Source: Longimicrobiales bacterium
Lineage (GTDB): Bacteria; Gemmatimonadota; Gemmatimonadetes; Longimicrobiales; Gaopeijiaceae
Assembly (NCBI GenBank): GCA_965204735.1
Contig: OZ242008.1
Coordinates: forward strand, 2,912,001 to 2,976,000
Direction of reading: 5' to 3'
Length of the DNA: 64,000 bases
Within the stretch, counting starts at the first letter, position 1; each line of letters begins with the position of its first letter. This document shows positions 1 through 9,957 of the stretch, one piece after another. The position numbers were made by a program, and so were the translations under genes. A model generated the notes under the pieces. That model was not told where the DNA came from. It saw only the letters and a program-made list of their open reading frames with translations, and did no database searches.

Positions 1-1370
1 ATCCGGCCGGCCAAGTACTCGCCGATCACGGGGCCGAACTTGAACCCTTCGGCCGAGCCGCCTCCCGCCAGCCAGACGTTGTCGTAGTCGGGATGGTGGT
101 CGAAGAAGAAGTTGCGCGTCGCCGAGATCTCGTAGTGGCACGCCCTGGTCTCGCTGACGGGGGCGTCGGCCAAGCCTGGGAAGCGCTCCGCCGCGAAGGC
201 GAGCGGGCGTTCGTGCTCCTCCGGCCGCAGCCAGCGCCGGCTGGTGTCTGGATCGTCGGGGGGGCGCCCGCCGGTGCGCACGCGGAAGCCGCGGTTGTCG
301 GGAGGCAGGGCCGGCCAGCCCGTCACGCCGGGGAAGTTGTAGCTGGGAAGGTTGGGCCAGCTGTAGCTGCCGTCGCCGGGGGGAGTGCGCAGGTAGACGA
401 CGTGGCCCATGGGGACGCGCAGCTTCTTGCCCATGAGCTCGGGAAACGCCTTGGGGAACCACGGCCCCAGCGCGAAGACGGTCGTTCCTGCCGAAAGGGG
501 CTCGCCGGGCCGGAGGCGCAGCGAGTCCAGCCGTCGTCCCGAGCGTTCGCCCAGCTCCGCGTGGGCCGTGGCGATCCGGCCCCCGGCACGCTCGAAGACT
601 TGCGCCACGGACTCGATCGCCCGGCGGGCGCGCACGACTCCGGCGTCCAGCTCGTGAAGCGCCACCGATATCCCGGTCAGGTCGATCACCGGCCATCGGC
701 GGCCCACTTCGTCGACGTCCAGGACCTCGTGGCGGACTCCGACCTCGTCCCAGTTGCGGCGAGTCTCCTCCAGGAAGTCGTCCCACTCCTCCCGGAGGAT
801 CAGGTCGGACGTGGTGAAGAAGACGCGGGGGAGGAGCGACTCCTGCCGCTGGGCGTCCCATTCGGTCCACTTCTCGATGGCGCGCTTGGCCCAGCGCGTC
901 CAGAGGAGGCCGTGCTCGCGGCCGCCGTAGCCCGTGCGCACGCCCCGGGTCTCGCCGCCGGAGGTGGCGCGGGAGTTGGCCGGTCCGTACTGGTCGATCA
1001 GCACGACCTGGGCGCCGGAGCGCTGCAGGTGAAGGGCGGTCCAGGCGCCGAAGGCTCCTGCGCCCACCACCGCCACGTCGGGGGAGTGTCGGGCGTGCAC
1101 GGCGGGGGCGGACGGCGCATTGGGCGCACTGCGCAACGGGTGCGAAGCCGCGCCCAGCTCCGACGCCACGGCCGAGGGGGCGGCGAGGACCGCACCGGCG
1201 CCTGCCCCGGCCGCCTTCAGGAAGCGGCGTCGGTCCGGCGGCTGTCGGCAGTCCGGCGGTTGTGGGCAGTCCGGCGACGGCGGGCGATTCGGCGACGCCC
1301 GCGGGCGGTCCGCCGGTCGGGAGGCCGGCAGGCGAGGGGCCGGCCCTGGGCCGTCGGTCGCGTCGGCCAA
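1..1370 (-). CDS. FAD-dependent oxidoreductase (sarcosine oxidase/DAO family) with Tat-like signal; 3' end runs off window
   Basis: Manual translation (not in ORF track): TTG at 1370 after GAGGA; DRRRFLKAAG Tat-like motif; DVAVVGAGAFG dinucleotide-binding motif; NSRATSGGETR; C-terminal GGGSAEGFKFGPVIGEYLA. Confidence 0.85.
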   Translation of the reverse strand, partial: MADATDGPGPAPRLPASRPADRPRASPNRPPSPDCPQPPDCRQPPDRRRFLKAAGAGAGAVLAAPSAVASELGAASHPLRSAPNAPSAPAVHARHSPDVAVVGAGAFGAWTALHLQRSGAQVVLIDQYGPANSRATSGGETRGVRTGYGGREHGLLWTRWAKRAIEKWTEWDAQRQESLLPRVFFTTSDLILREEWDDFLEETRRNWDEVGVRHEVLDVDEVGRRWPVIDLTGISVALHELDAGVVRARRAIESVAQVFERAGGRIATAHAELGERSGRRLDSLRLRPGEPLSAGTTVFALGPWFPKAFPELMGKKLRVPMGHVVYLRTPPGDGSYSWPNLPSYNFPGVTGWPALPPDNRGFRVRTGGRPPDDPDTSRRWLRPEEHERPLAFAAERFPGLADAPVSETRACHYEISATRNFFFDHHPDYDNVWLAGGGSAEGFKFGPVIGEYLAGR

Positions 1371-1384
1371 TGCGGTCCTCCGCT

Positions 1385-1918
1385 TCAGGCGCCGGATCCG
1401 GACGGGTCCATGCGAACCTGCCTCATCGGGGAATCGGGCGACATCTCCGACGGCCCGGCGTCGTGGCCGTTCAGCCGCATGACGTAGGACACCACGTCCA
1501 AGTACGTTCGCTCGTCCAGCCCGCCGGGGTTGTCGTCGGGCATCGTGGAGCGCACGGTGCGGAAGAAGGAGTAGACGGTGCGCCGACCCCAGTTCCTCCG
1601 GAAGGTCCGGCCGCGAAACTCGCTGGTCGTGTGGCACTGCGCGCACACTTCGTCGAAGGCGGTCTCTCCCCTTGCGGCTTGGGCCGCGGAGTAGATGCCG
1701 ACTGGCGGGTCGGCGGGCGCCCCTGAAGCAGGCTGCGCTCCTGCGGCCCGGTCCTGCGCGGGCGGAGGCGGGTCGGCCGGCGGCGGTTCCTGCGCGGGCG
1801 GAGACTGGTCGACCGGCAGGGGCTCCTGCGTCGGCGGGGCCGAGCCACCGGTGGCGCACCCCGTCAGGCAAGCTCCGACGACCAAGCCGACCACCGCGCG
1901 CCGACTGCCTGGAACCAT
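1385..1918 (-). CDS. Cytochrome c lipoprotein (single CxxCH)
   Basis: C-terminal part of ORF 1385..3163: lipobox-like ACLTGC, Pro-rich linker, CAQCH, distal Met in TMP; start could be 1978. Confidence 0.75.
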   Translation of the reverse strand: MVPGSRRAVVGLVVGACLTGCATGGSAPPTQEPLPVDQSPPAQEPPPADPPPPAQDRAAGAQPASGAPADPPVGIYSAAQAARGETAFDEVCAQCHTTSEFRGRTFRRNWGRRTVYSFFRTVRSTMPDDNPGGLDERTYLDVVSYVMRLNGHDAGPSEMSPDSPMRQVRMDPSGSGA

Positions 1919-2062
1919 GGATCGGAGGCCGCATCCTCGTCCGCGCCCATGGTCTGGGGGCCAACTGCCTCGGATCATGGACCGGAGCCCTTCCTTTGGG
2001 GTTAACGTGTTTGTCACGGCGATTCGGTTCGCCGGCACCGCCTCCAAATATAGGACAGCGAG

Positions 2063-3085
2063 ATGAACCGTCGAACTCCCTCCCTGCCCAGCCGACTTCT
2101 TGCTGCCCTGGCGACGTTGTCGGCGGCGTCGGTCGGGGCGTGCTCCGACCTCCCCATCGCCCTGGGCGACGAGAACAGCGTCGTCGTGTCCGCCGATCCC
2201 GAGCTTTGGGCCCAGGTCGAGCCGATTCTGGCGCCGGCGATCGAGCGCACCGTCTTCACCGTCCGGGACGAGAAGACCTTCACCGTCACTCACCACGATC
2301 CGGGGGACGAGACGTGGTATCGCCTTCGACTGCTGAAGCAGCAGCTGGCGATCGGGACCGCCGACGATCCGTGGATGGCCGACGTGCTGGCCAAGGCCAA
2401 GGACCCGCCTTCCGCCGGGGTGTTCCAGGCCAGGGACGTGTGGGCCCGGGGACAGTCGGTGACCGCCGTGCTGATCGCGGACGGCCAGGACGCCGGCGAA
2501 GCGGCCGCGCACGCTCCCGACGTGGCCCAGCTGCTGGACGACCAGTACAGGGCTTGGGCGGTTTCCAAGATGTTCGTCACCGGTCCGAACGAAGCGCTGA
2601 GCGACACGCTTCGGCAGCGGGCTCGCTTCGATCTCGTGGTGCCCAACGTCTACGACCACTCGGTGCGGGATTCGGTCCACGTCTTCCGCAACGACAACCC
2701 GGACCCGTCCGAGCTCATCCGGCAGATCGCGGTGACATGGGAGAGCCCGATCCCGCCGGGCCTGCAACCCGACGACCTGCTGGCGTGGCGCGCCCGGATC
2801 GCCGAAGAGCACTATTCCTTCCCCCAGGTCAACAACTTGGAACGGGTCACGGGGGGACCGGAGGTTCGCGACGGACTCGAGACGTACACGATCCAGGCCG
2901 TGTGGGAGAACCCGCCCGAGGCGTACCCGGCGGCCGGTCCGTTCGTCCTGCGCGCCGTGCACTGCCCGGAGCAGGACCGGATGTACCTGGTCGACGCTTG
3001 GCTTTACGCGCCCGGCGCGGAGAAGTACGAATACATGATCCAGCTGGAGGAGATCCTGAACTCGTTCTCTTGCGTCGGGTTGTAG
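2063..3085 (+). CDS. Lipoprotein, DUF4837-like
   Basis: Signal ending VGAC; DVWARGQ; AGPF...DAWLYAPG...QLEEIL C-terminal pattern. Confidence 0.7.
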   Translation: MNRRTPSLPSRLLAALATLSAASVGACSDLPIALGDENSVVVSADPELWAQVEPILAPAIERTVFTVRDEKTFTVTHHDPGDETWYRLRLLKQQLAIGTADDPWMADVLAKAKDPPSAGVFQARDVWARGQSVTAVLIADGQDAGEAAAHAPDVAQLLDDQYRAWAVSKMFVTGPNEALSDTLRQRARFDLVVPNVYDHSVRDSVHVFRNDNPDPSELIRQIAVTWESPIPPGLQPDDLLAWRARIAEEHYSFPQVNNLERVTGGPEVRDGLETYTIQAVWENPPEAYPAAGPFVLRAVHCPEQDRMYLVDAWLYAPGAEKYEYMIQLEEILNSFSCVGL

Positions 3086-3152
3086 CGCCCGCGCCCTGCC
3101 GCCCGCCTTCGCCCGAATCCCAGGGCCGCGCGCCCACCCCCCGGAGTCCCAA

Positions 3153-4622
3153 ATGCACGCCACGAAGACGCTTCCGGTCCTCTTCGCCTTCGCCCTTGCT
3201 CTTCCCGGATGCGCTCCGGAAGGCGGCTCGGACCCCGGGGCCGGCGGCTCGGGGAGTCGGAGCGTCGGCGAGTTCGGAGCCGAGGGAGTCGGCTACGCCG
3301 CCGAAGGCTTCGAGACCCAGGTCGCGGCAATCGACTCCATCGTGCTGGCGCCGATCCGCGAGGGACGGATCGCCGGCGCCTCCGTGTCGGTGGTCGCGGG
3401 GGGTCGGGACGTGGCCGTTCGCGCCTACGGCTGGGCCGATCTGGAACTGAAGGTCCCCACCCCCGAAGACGCGCTCTACGAGATCGGCTCCGTGACCAAG
3501 CAGTTCACCTCCGCCGGCCTTCTCCAGCTCCAGGAGCAGGGTCTGGTGGACCTGGACGCGGAGATCGGCGAGTACCTGCCCGACTTCCCCACCCAGGGCA
3601 ACCGGATCACGGTGCGGGAGCTCCTCGACCACACGTCGGGGATTCGCGGCTACACCGAGATGCCTGCGGCGCGTCCCTACTTCGTGCGCCGCGTGCCTCG
3701 GGACAGCTTGGTGGCGCTCTTCGCGGCCCACCCCTTCGACTTCCCGACCGGGGAGCACCAGATCTACAACAACTCGGCGTACTACTTGGCCGGAAAGATC
3801 CTGGAGACGGTCTCCGGCGTCGACTACGAGGAGTACGTGGAGGAGCGGCTCTTCGGCGAGCTGGGAATGACCCGGTCCCACTACTGCAGCGAGACCGAGA
3901 TCCACGAAGGCAAGGCGAAGGGCTACGACGCCGGCGAGGACGGGCTGGTCCACAAGGGCTTCATCGTGCACAACGTTCCGTTCTCGGCCGGGTCGCTGTG
4001 CTCCACGGCGAAGGAGTTGGCCGTCTGGCTGGGGGCGCTCCACGGAGGCCGAGTGGTGTCGGAGGAGTCGTACCGCCAGCTGACCGAGCCCGGCGACCTG
4101 AACGACGGCACGCGGACCCGCTACGCCCTGGGGCTCGCCACCAGCGACGTCCTGGGCCACCGCGCGCTGCACCACGGCGGCGGGATCAACGGCTTCCTTG
4201 CCGAGTCCCTCTACCTGCCCGACGAGGAGCTGGCCGTCGTCGTGCTGGTGAACTCGACGGGACCGCCCGGGCCCTCCGCGCTGGCCCGAGAGATCGTGAA
4301 GGTCATGGTGGGCGACCGGACCCCGGCGCCGGAGTCCTTCGACGGCGACTTGGCCTGGTACGAGGGGACCTACGGCGGACCCGCCCGAGGGGGCGAGGCC
4401 TTGGTTCGCGTCGCTGCCGACGGCGACGTGCTCACTGTGGCCACGGTGACCGCGGGCGCGTACGTCCCGGCGGACCAGCAGTCGAGCGACACGCTGGCGT
4501 ATCGGGGCGGGACGACGTTCGCCGCCGGCGACCAGCTCCTGACCTTCGAGGGCGGTGCGGACGCGGCGGAGGCGCTTCGCTTCGACGTGGTGTCCGGCTA
4601 CACCGTGATGCGGCGGCGGTAG
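3153..4622 (+). CDS. Serine hydrolase, beta-lactamase class C/PBP family lipoprotein
   Basis: LALPGC lipobox; SVTK, YNN and HGG motifs; LLDHTSG. Confidence 0.9.
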   Translation: MHATKTLPVLFAFALALPGCAPEGGSDPGAGGSGSRSVGEFGAEGVGYAAEGFETQVAAIDSIVLAPIREGRIAGASVSVVAGGRDVAVRAYGWADLELKVPTPEDALYEIGSVTKQFTSAGLLQLQEQGLVDLDAEIGEYLPDFPTQGNRITVRELLDHTSGIRGYTEMPAARPYFVRRVPRDSLVALFAAHPFDFPTGEHQIYNNSAYYLAGKILETVSGVDYEEYVEERLFGELGMTRSHYCSETEIHEGKAKGYDAGEDGLVHKGFIVHNVPFSAGSLCSTAKELAVWLGALHGGRVVSEESYRQLTEPGDLNDGTRTRYALGLATSDVLGHRALHHGGGINGFLAESLYLPDEELAVVVLVNSTGPPGPSALAREIVKVMVGDRTPAPESFDGDLAWYEGTYGGPARGGEALVRVAADGDVLTVATVTAGAYVPADQQSSDTLAYRGGTTFAAGDQLLTFEGGADAAEALRFDVVSGYTVMRRR

Positions 4623-4634
4623 CGGGTCGCCCCA

Positions 4635-7600
4635 GTGTCCTTCGTCCACCTCCATACCCACTCCGAGTACTCGCTGCTGGACGGGGCCAACCGCCTCTCG
4701 GACTTGGTCCGCAAGGCGAAGGAGTTCGAGATGCCGGCCCTGGGGCTCACCGACCACGGCTGCATGTACGGCGCCTGGAGCTTCCAGAAGCTGGCGCGCA
4801 GGGAAGGCGTCAAGCCCATCGTCGGAATGGAGGCGTACGTGGCGCCGGGAGACCGGCGAGAGCGGAGCCGCTCCGGCGAAGGCGGAAAGGCGGCGTATCA
4901 CCTGGTCTTGCTGGCCCGCGACGCCGAGGGCTATCGGAACTTGGTCAGGCTGAGCTCGATCGGGTACACGGAGGGCTTCTACTACCACCCGCGACTCGAC
5001 AGGGAGACGCTGGCGCGCCACTCGGGGGGGCTGATCGTCTCGTCGGCGTGCATGGCCGGGGAAGTGGCCCGCCACTTGGCCGCCGGGAACCCGGACGCCG
5101 CCCGGGAAGTGGCCGAATGGTACGCGAACGCCTTCCCGGACAGGTACTACCTCGAAGTGCAGGCCCACGACACCGACGGCCAGGCCGAACTCAACGCGCA
5201 AGTCTTCGCGCTGGCGAAAGAAGTGGGCTTGCCGGTCGTCGCCACCAACGACGCCCACTTCTTGCAACACGAGCACCACGGCGCCCACGACATCCTCGTC
5301 TGCATCGGCACGGCGAAGAACCGAGACGACGTCGACCGCCTGGCCTACGACGACGGCCTCTACTTCAAGGACCCGTCGGAGATGGCGGCGGCGTTCCCGG
5401 ACCGGCCCGACGTGCTGGAGAACACGCTCAAGATCGCCGACGAAGTCTCGCTCTCGCTGGAGAAGAAGTACCACCTGCCCCGCTTTCCCCTGCCGGAGGG
5501 CTTCGACGACGACAACCACTACTTGGTGCACCTGGCCGAGGAGGGCGCGAAGGCACGCTACGGCAGTGCGGGCTCGGGCGACTCGGGGGGCGGCGATTCG
5601 GGGGCCGCGGGTAGCGACTCCGTGGGCGGCGAATCCACGGTCGGCGATTCGGGGGGCGGCGAATCCGCGGCCGACCGGTCGCTTGCCGAGGAAGTGCGGA
5701 AGCGCCTTCGCTACGAGCTCGACGTGATCCTGAAGACGGGCTACGCGGGCTACTTCCTGATCACCTGGGACTTCATCCGCTGGGCGCGCGAACACGGCGT
5801 CCCCGTGGGGCCGGGACGGGGCTCGGCGACGGGCTCGCTTGTCTCCTACGCGCTGGGGATCACGAATCTGGACCCGCTGGCGCACGGCCTTCTCTTCGAG
5901 CGCTTCCTGAACCCGGAGCGGATCTCGATGCCCGACATCGACATCGACTTCTGCTACGAGCGCCGGGGCGAGGTGATCGAGTACGTGCGGCGGAAGTACG
6001 GTCGGGACGCGGTGGGCCAGATCGTCACCTTCGGCACGATGAAGAGCCGCGCCGTGATCCGCGACGTGGGCCGGGTGCTCGGCTTCGAGGTGAGCGAGAC
6101 GGACCGGATCGCGAAGATGATCCCGAACCAGCCGGGGAAGAGCTACACCGTGGCCGAGGCGGTCGAGCAGATACGGGACGTCAAGGCGCTGTACGGCATG
6201 GAGGAGAAGTACAAGCAGCTCTTCGACTACTCGATCACGCTGGAAGGGCTCTCGCGGCACGCGTCCGTCCACGCCGCCGGGGTGGTGATCGCGCCGGGGC
6301 CGCTGGACGAGTACGTGCCGATCTGCACTCAGTCGAAGGGAGGCAGGAACGGCAGCCGAAACAGCGGCAGGAACGGGGCCGGGCCGGGGGGCGCGACCGA
6401 CGAGGACGGGCCGGACGTGGTCACCCAGTACGACATGAACTGCCTCGAGGACGCCGGGATGCTCAAGATGGACTTCCTGGGCCTCAAGACGCTCACTGTG
6501 ATCCACGACGCCGTCCAGGCGGCGAAGGAGCGGACGGGCGGCTTCCGGCACCCGGACACCGGAACGGCCTACGCCTCCGACGCGATGGACGACGTGCCGC
6601 TCGACGACGGGGCGGTGTACGAGATGCTGGCCGGCGGCGGCACCTCGGGGGTCTTCCAGTTCGAGTCGAACTTGGCGATGGACAAGCTCCGGGCGATGCG
6701 TTGCGACCGATTCGACGACTTGGTGGCCACCAACGCGCTGATCCGGCCCGGTCCGCTGGACTCGGGGATGACCGACCGCTACATCCGGCGGAAGCTGGGA
6801 GAGGAAAAGGTGACCTACCCGGCGCCCGGGCTGGAGCAAGTGCTGGGGACGACCTACGGGATCATCGTCTACCAGGAGCAGGTGATGCGGATCGCCAGCG
6901 ACCTGGCGGGCTACTCGCTGGGCGAAGCCGACGTGCTGCGCAAGGCGATGGGCAAGAAGGACGCCGGCCTGATCCGTTCCGAGCTGGACCGCTTCAAGGA
7001 GCGTGTCGTCGAAGGGGGAGTGGACGCCGGCGTCGCCGCGAGGCTGTCCGAACAGATCGAGACCTTCGGGCGCTACGGCTTCAACAAGTCCCACTCCGCC
7101 GCATACTCGCTTCTGTCGTACCAGACTGCGTGGCTGAAGCGCCACTACCCCGCCGAGTTCATGGCGGCGCTGCTCTCGTCGGTGGTGGACAAGACGGACG
7201 ACGTGGTCAAGTACATGGGCGAGTGCGGGGAGCTGGGACGCCACGTGCCGGGTCTGGAGGACGGGCTGGAGGTGCTGCCGCCCGACGTGAACGAATGCGG
7301 GTGGAAGTTCACGGTGGTGGGCGCCAAGACGATCCGCTTCGGGCTCGGGGCGGTGCGGGGCGTGGGGTCGGCGGCGGTCGAGTCGATCCTGGAGGCGCGG
7401 AAGGAGGGGGGGCCGTTCGACAGCCTCTTCGACCTGCTGGAGCGCACCGACGTGCGGACGCTGAACAAGCGGGCGTGCGAAGCGCTGATCGCGTCCGGCG
7501 CGCTGGACTCCTTCGGGGGGCGGGCGCAGCTGCTGGCCGGACTCGACGCCGCCTACGGCGAGGTGCTGGCGCGCCAGGAAGAGGCGGAGACGGGACAGAC

Positions 7601-8324
7601 TTCGCTCTTCGGCGAAGCGGGCGGGTCGGCCCAGCGCCCGTCGCCCGATCTGCCCACCGTGCCCGAGTGGGGCGAACGGGAGCGCTTGGCGCGGGAGAAG
7701 GAAGCGCTGGGCTTCTACATCTCCGGGCACCCGCTGGACCGCTGGCGGAACGTCGCTCTGGTCTTCGACGAGGCCGGCGCCCAGGCGCTCAAGAACAAGC
7801 TGGGCCAGACCGTGGAGTTGGCGTGCGTGGTGACCGCCGTGGCGCGCCAAGTCTCTCGTCGGGACGGCGCCGAGTGGGCCAAGATCACGGTCGAGGGCTT
7901 TGCCGGGACGGCCACGGTGCTGGCGTTCCGCGACTCTTGGCGCTCTCATCGGGAACTTCTCGAGCCCGACGCCGTCGTGCTCCTTCGGGGCAAGGTGAGC
8001 GACCGGGAGCGGGACGAAGACGACCCGCCCGTCTTCTTGGACGGCGCCGAGCCGATGGACCGCGTGCCCGACAGCGGTCGGCTGGCGGTGCGGATCGCCC
8101 TTGCCCGGGGCGCCCGACTGCCCGACGACGCCTTCGCGAAGGCCCGCGCCCTCGTGACCGAGAACCCAGGGGGCGCCCCGGTGGAGGTCGTGGTGGAAGA
8201 GGGCGACGCAGACGGTCGAGCGCGGCTGCGGTCTCGCTCGCTCAAGGTGTCGCCCAAGCGCAAGACGCTGCGGGCGCTGGAAGGGCTCTTCGGGACGGGA
8301 ACGGTGGAGGTGGTGCGAGCGTAG
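4635..8324 (+). CDS. dnaE: DNA polymerase III alpha subunit
   Basis: FVHLHTHSEYSLLDG PHP domain, GPGRGS, MPDIDIDF, GFNKSH, OB fold. Confidence 0.98.
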   Translation: MSFVHLHTHSEYSLLDGANRLSDLVRKAKEFEMPALGLTDHGCMYGAWSFQKLARREGVKPIVGMEAYVAPGDRRERSRSGEGGKAAYHLVLLARDAEGYRNLVRLSSIGYTEGFYYHPRLDRETLARHSGGLIVSSACMAGEVARHLAAGNPDAAREVAEWYANAFPDRYYLEVQAHDTDGQAELNAQVFALAKEVGLPVVATNDAHFLQHEHHGAHDILVCIGTAKNRDDVDRLAYDDGLYFKDPSEMAAAFPDRPDVLENTLKIADEVSLSLEKKYHLPRFPLPEGFDDDNHYLVHLAEEGAKARYGSAGSGDSGGGDSGAAGSDSVGGESTVGDSGGGESAADRSLAEEVRKRLRYELDVILKTGYAGYFLITWDFIRWAREHGVPVGPGRGSATGSLVSYALGITNLDPLAHGLLFERFLNPERISMPDIDIDFCYERRGEVIEYVRRKYGRDAVGQIVTFGTMKSRAVIRDVGRVLGFEVSETDRIAKMIPNQPGKSYTVAEAVEQIRDVKALYGMEEKYKQLFDYSITLEGLSRHASVHAAGVVIAPGPLDEYVPICTQSKGGRNGSRNSGRNGAGPGGATDEDGPDVVTQYDMNCLEDAGMLKMDFLGLKTLTVIHDAVQAAKERTGGFRHPDTGTAYASDAMDDVPLDDGAVYEMLAGGGTSGVFQFESNLAMDKLRAMRCDRFDDLVATNALIRPGPLDSGMTDRYIRRKLGEEKVTYPAPGLEQVLGTTYGIIVYQEQVMRIASDLAGYSLGEADVLRKAMGKKDAGLIRSELDRFKERVVEGGVDAGVAARLSEQIETFGRYGFNKSHSAAYSLLSYQTAWLKRHYPAEFMAALLSSVVDKTDDVVKYMGECGELGRHVPGLEDGLEVLPPDVNECGWKFTVVGAKTIRFGLGAVRGVGSAAVESILEARKEGGPFDSLFDLLERTDVRTLNKRACEALIASGALDSFGGRAQLLAGLDAAYGEVLARQEEAETGQTSLFGEAGGSAQRPSPDLPTVPEWGERERLAREKEALGFYISGHPLDRWRNVALVFDEAGAQALKNKLGQTVELACVVTAVARQVSRRDGAEWAKITVEGFAGTATVLAFRDSWRSHRELLEPDAVVLLRGKVSDRERDEDDPPVFLDGAEPMDRVPDSGRLAVRIALARGARLPDDAFAKARALVTENPGGAPVEVVVEEGDADGRARLRSRSLKVSPKRKTLRALEGLFGTGTVEVVRA

Positions 8325-8389
8325 CAGCAAGAACACGGACGCGGCCTCTCGGACGAGGGGCCATTCCCCTTGACGGCAGGAGCACGCAA

Positions 8390-9939
8390 GTGAAGACGAC
8401 CACAACCACGCTGACCCTCGCCCTGGCCCTTGCGACGCTGGCGGGCCATCCGACGGCAACCGGGGCGCAGCTGCCGGACCCGGACGCGGAAGCCGGAGCC
8501 GCCGCCGAGCGCTTTGCGGGCATATGGGACGGTGCGCTCGAACTCCCCGGCGCCGGCGTCGTGCTGCGGATGCGCCTCCGGGTGACGGTGGACGACGACG
8601 GCGGCTTGGCGGCCACCTTCTTCTCGGTGGATCAGGGCAACGCCGCCGTCCCCGTGGAGGAGGTCGAAGTCGACGGCGCCAGCGTGGCGATGGCGATGGC
8701 AACGGTCGGCGGCGCGTTCGAGGGCGTCCTTTCGGAGGACGGGACGACGATCGAGGGCACCTTCACGCAGATGGGCGCCGCCCTGCCGCTCGTGCTGGAG
8801 CGCGGCGCCGAGGGCGAACGCGATGCCGGGAGCGACGACGCGGCGACCACGCCCCGCCGCCCGCAGGATCCCGAGGAGCCGTTTCCCTACCACGCGGAGG
8901 ACGTGACCTACCCGAACCCCGACGGCGGCCACGCGCTGGCGGGCACCTTCACCCGGCCCGATGCCGGCGGCCCCTTCCCCGCCGTGATCCTGATCTCCGG
9001 ATCGGGTCCCCAGGACCGGGACGAAGCGCTGATGGGACACCGCCCCTTCTTGGTGCTGTCGGACCACCTGACGCGCAACGGAATCGCGGTCCTGCGCTTC
9101 GACGACCGGGGCGTGGGCGAGTCCACCGGCGACTTCGCGTCGGCCACCTCGCGGGACTTCGCCTCGGACGCGGCGCCGGGGTCGCCTACCTGAAGTCCCG
9201 CGACGACGTGGACCCGGGCAAGATCGGCTTGGCCGGCCACTCGGAGGGAGGGCTGATCGCGCCGATGGTCGCCGCCGAGTCGGACGACGTGGCGTTCATC
9301 GTCCTCATGGCCGGGCCCGGCGTCGACGGCGAGCGCATCCTGTACGCCCAGGGCGCGCTCATCGGCCGGGCGAACGGCGCGTCGGAAGAGTCCATTGCCA
9401 AGTCCCGGGAACAGCAGCGGCAGATCTTCCAGGTCCTGAAGGCGGAGGATGACCTGGCGCAGGCGTCCGAAGAGATCGAGGCGCTTGTGCGTACGGCGCT
9501 GGAGAACGCCACGGACGAGGAGCGCGCCCAGGCCGGGATCACCGACGAGCTCCCGTTGGAGCAGGCGGCGGCAGCCCAGGCGGCCCGGCTGGCCACGCCG
9601 TGGTTTCGCTATTTCTTGACCTACGACCCGGCCGAGTCCCTGGAGCGCGTCGCGGTTCCGGTGCTGGCGATCAACGGCGAGAAGGACCTTCAGGTCCCCT
9701 ACGAAGAGAACCTGCGCGAGATCGAGGCGGCCCTGCGGCGCGGCGGCAACAACCGCTTCGAGACCCACGCGCTTCCCGACCACAACCACCTCTTCCAGCG
9801 CGCCGAGACGGGAGCTCCCAGCGAGTACTCGACAATCGACGAGACGTGGTCGGTGGAGTCGATGGAGTTGATCGCGCAGTGGATACTGAAGACCGTGGGA
9901 GCGGCTCCGGGCCCGGCCCCCAACCCTACCGAGCCGTAG
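8390..9939 (+). CDS. Exported alpha/beta hydrolase, split by a 1-nt frameshift near 9175
   Basis: GTG 8390 with signal peptide; ISGSGPQDRD and LRFDDRG in one frame, GHSEGG nucleophile, GEKDLQV and NHLFQ in the next frame. Confidence 0.8.
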
Positions 9940-9957
9940 CGGGCGGCGCGCCGCCTA

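Noticed and set aside
4635..8324. Intein in dnaE
   Set aside because: Inserts are short and low-complexity, with no C/S...HN-C/S/T splice motifs
2847..8702. Very long ORFs such as 2847..8702(-), 40323..43118(+) and 50456..54139(+)
   Set aside because: Antisense shadows of real high-GC3 genes; no motifs and implausible composition
9942..9955. GGCGGCGCGCCGCC palindrome between convergent genes as a terminator
   Set aside because: No U-tract, and such palindromes are expected by chance at this GC
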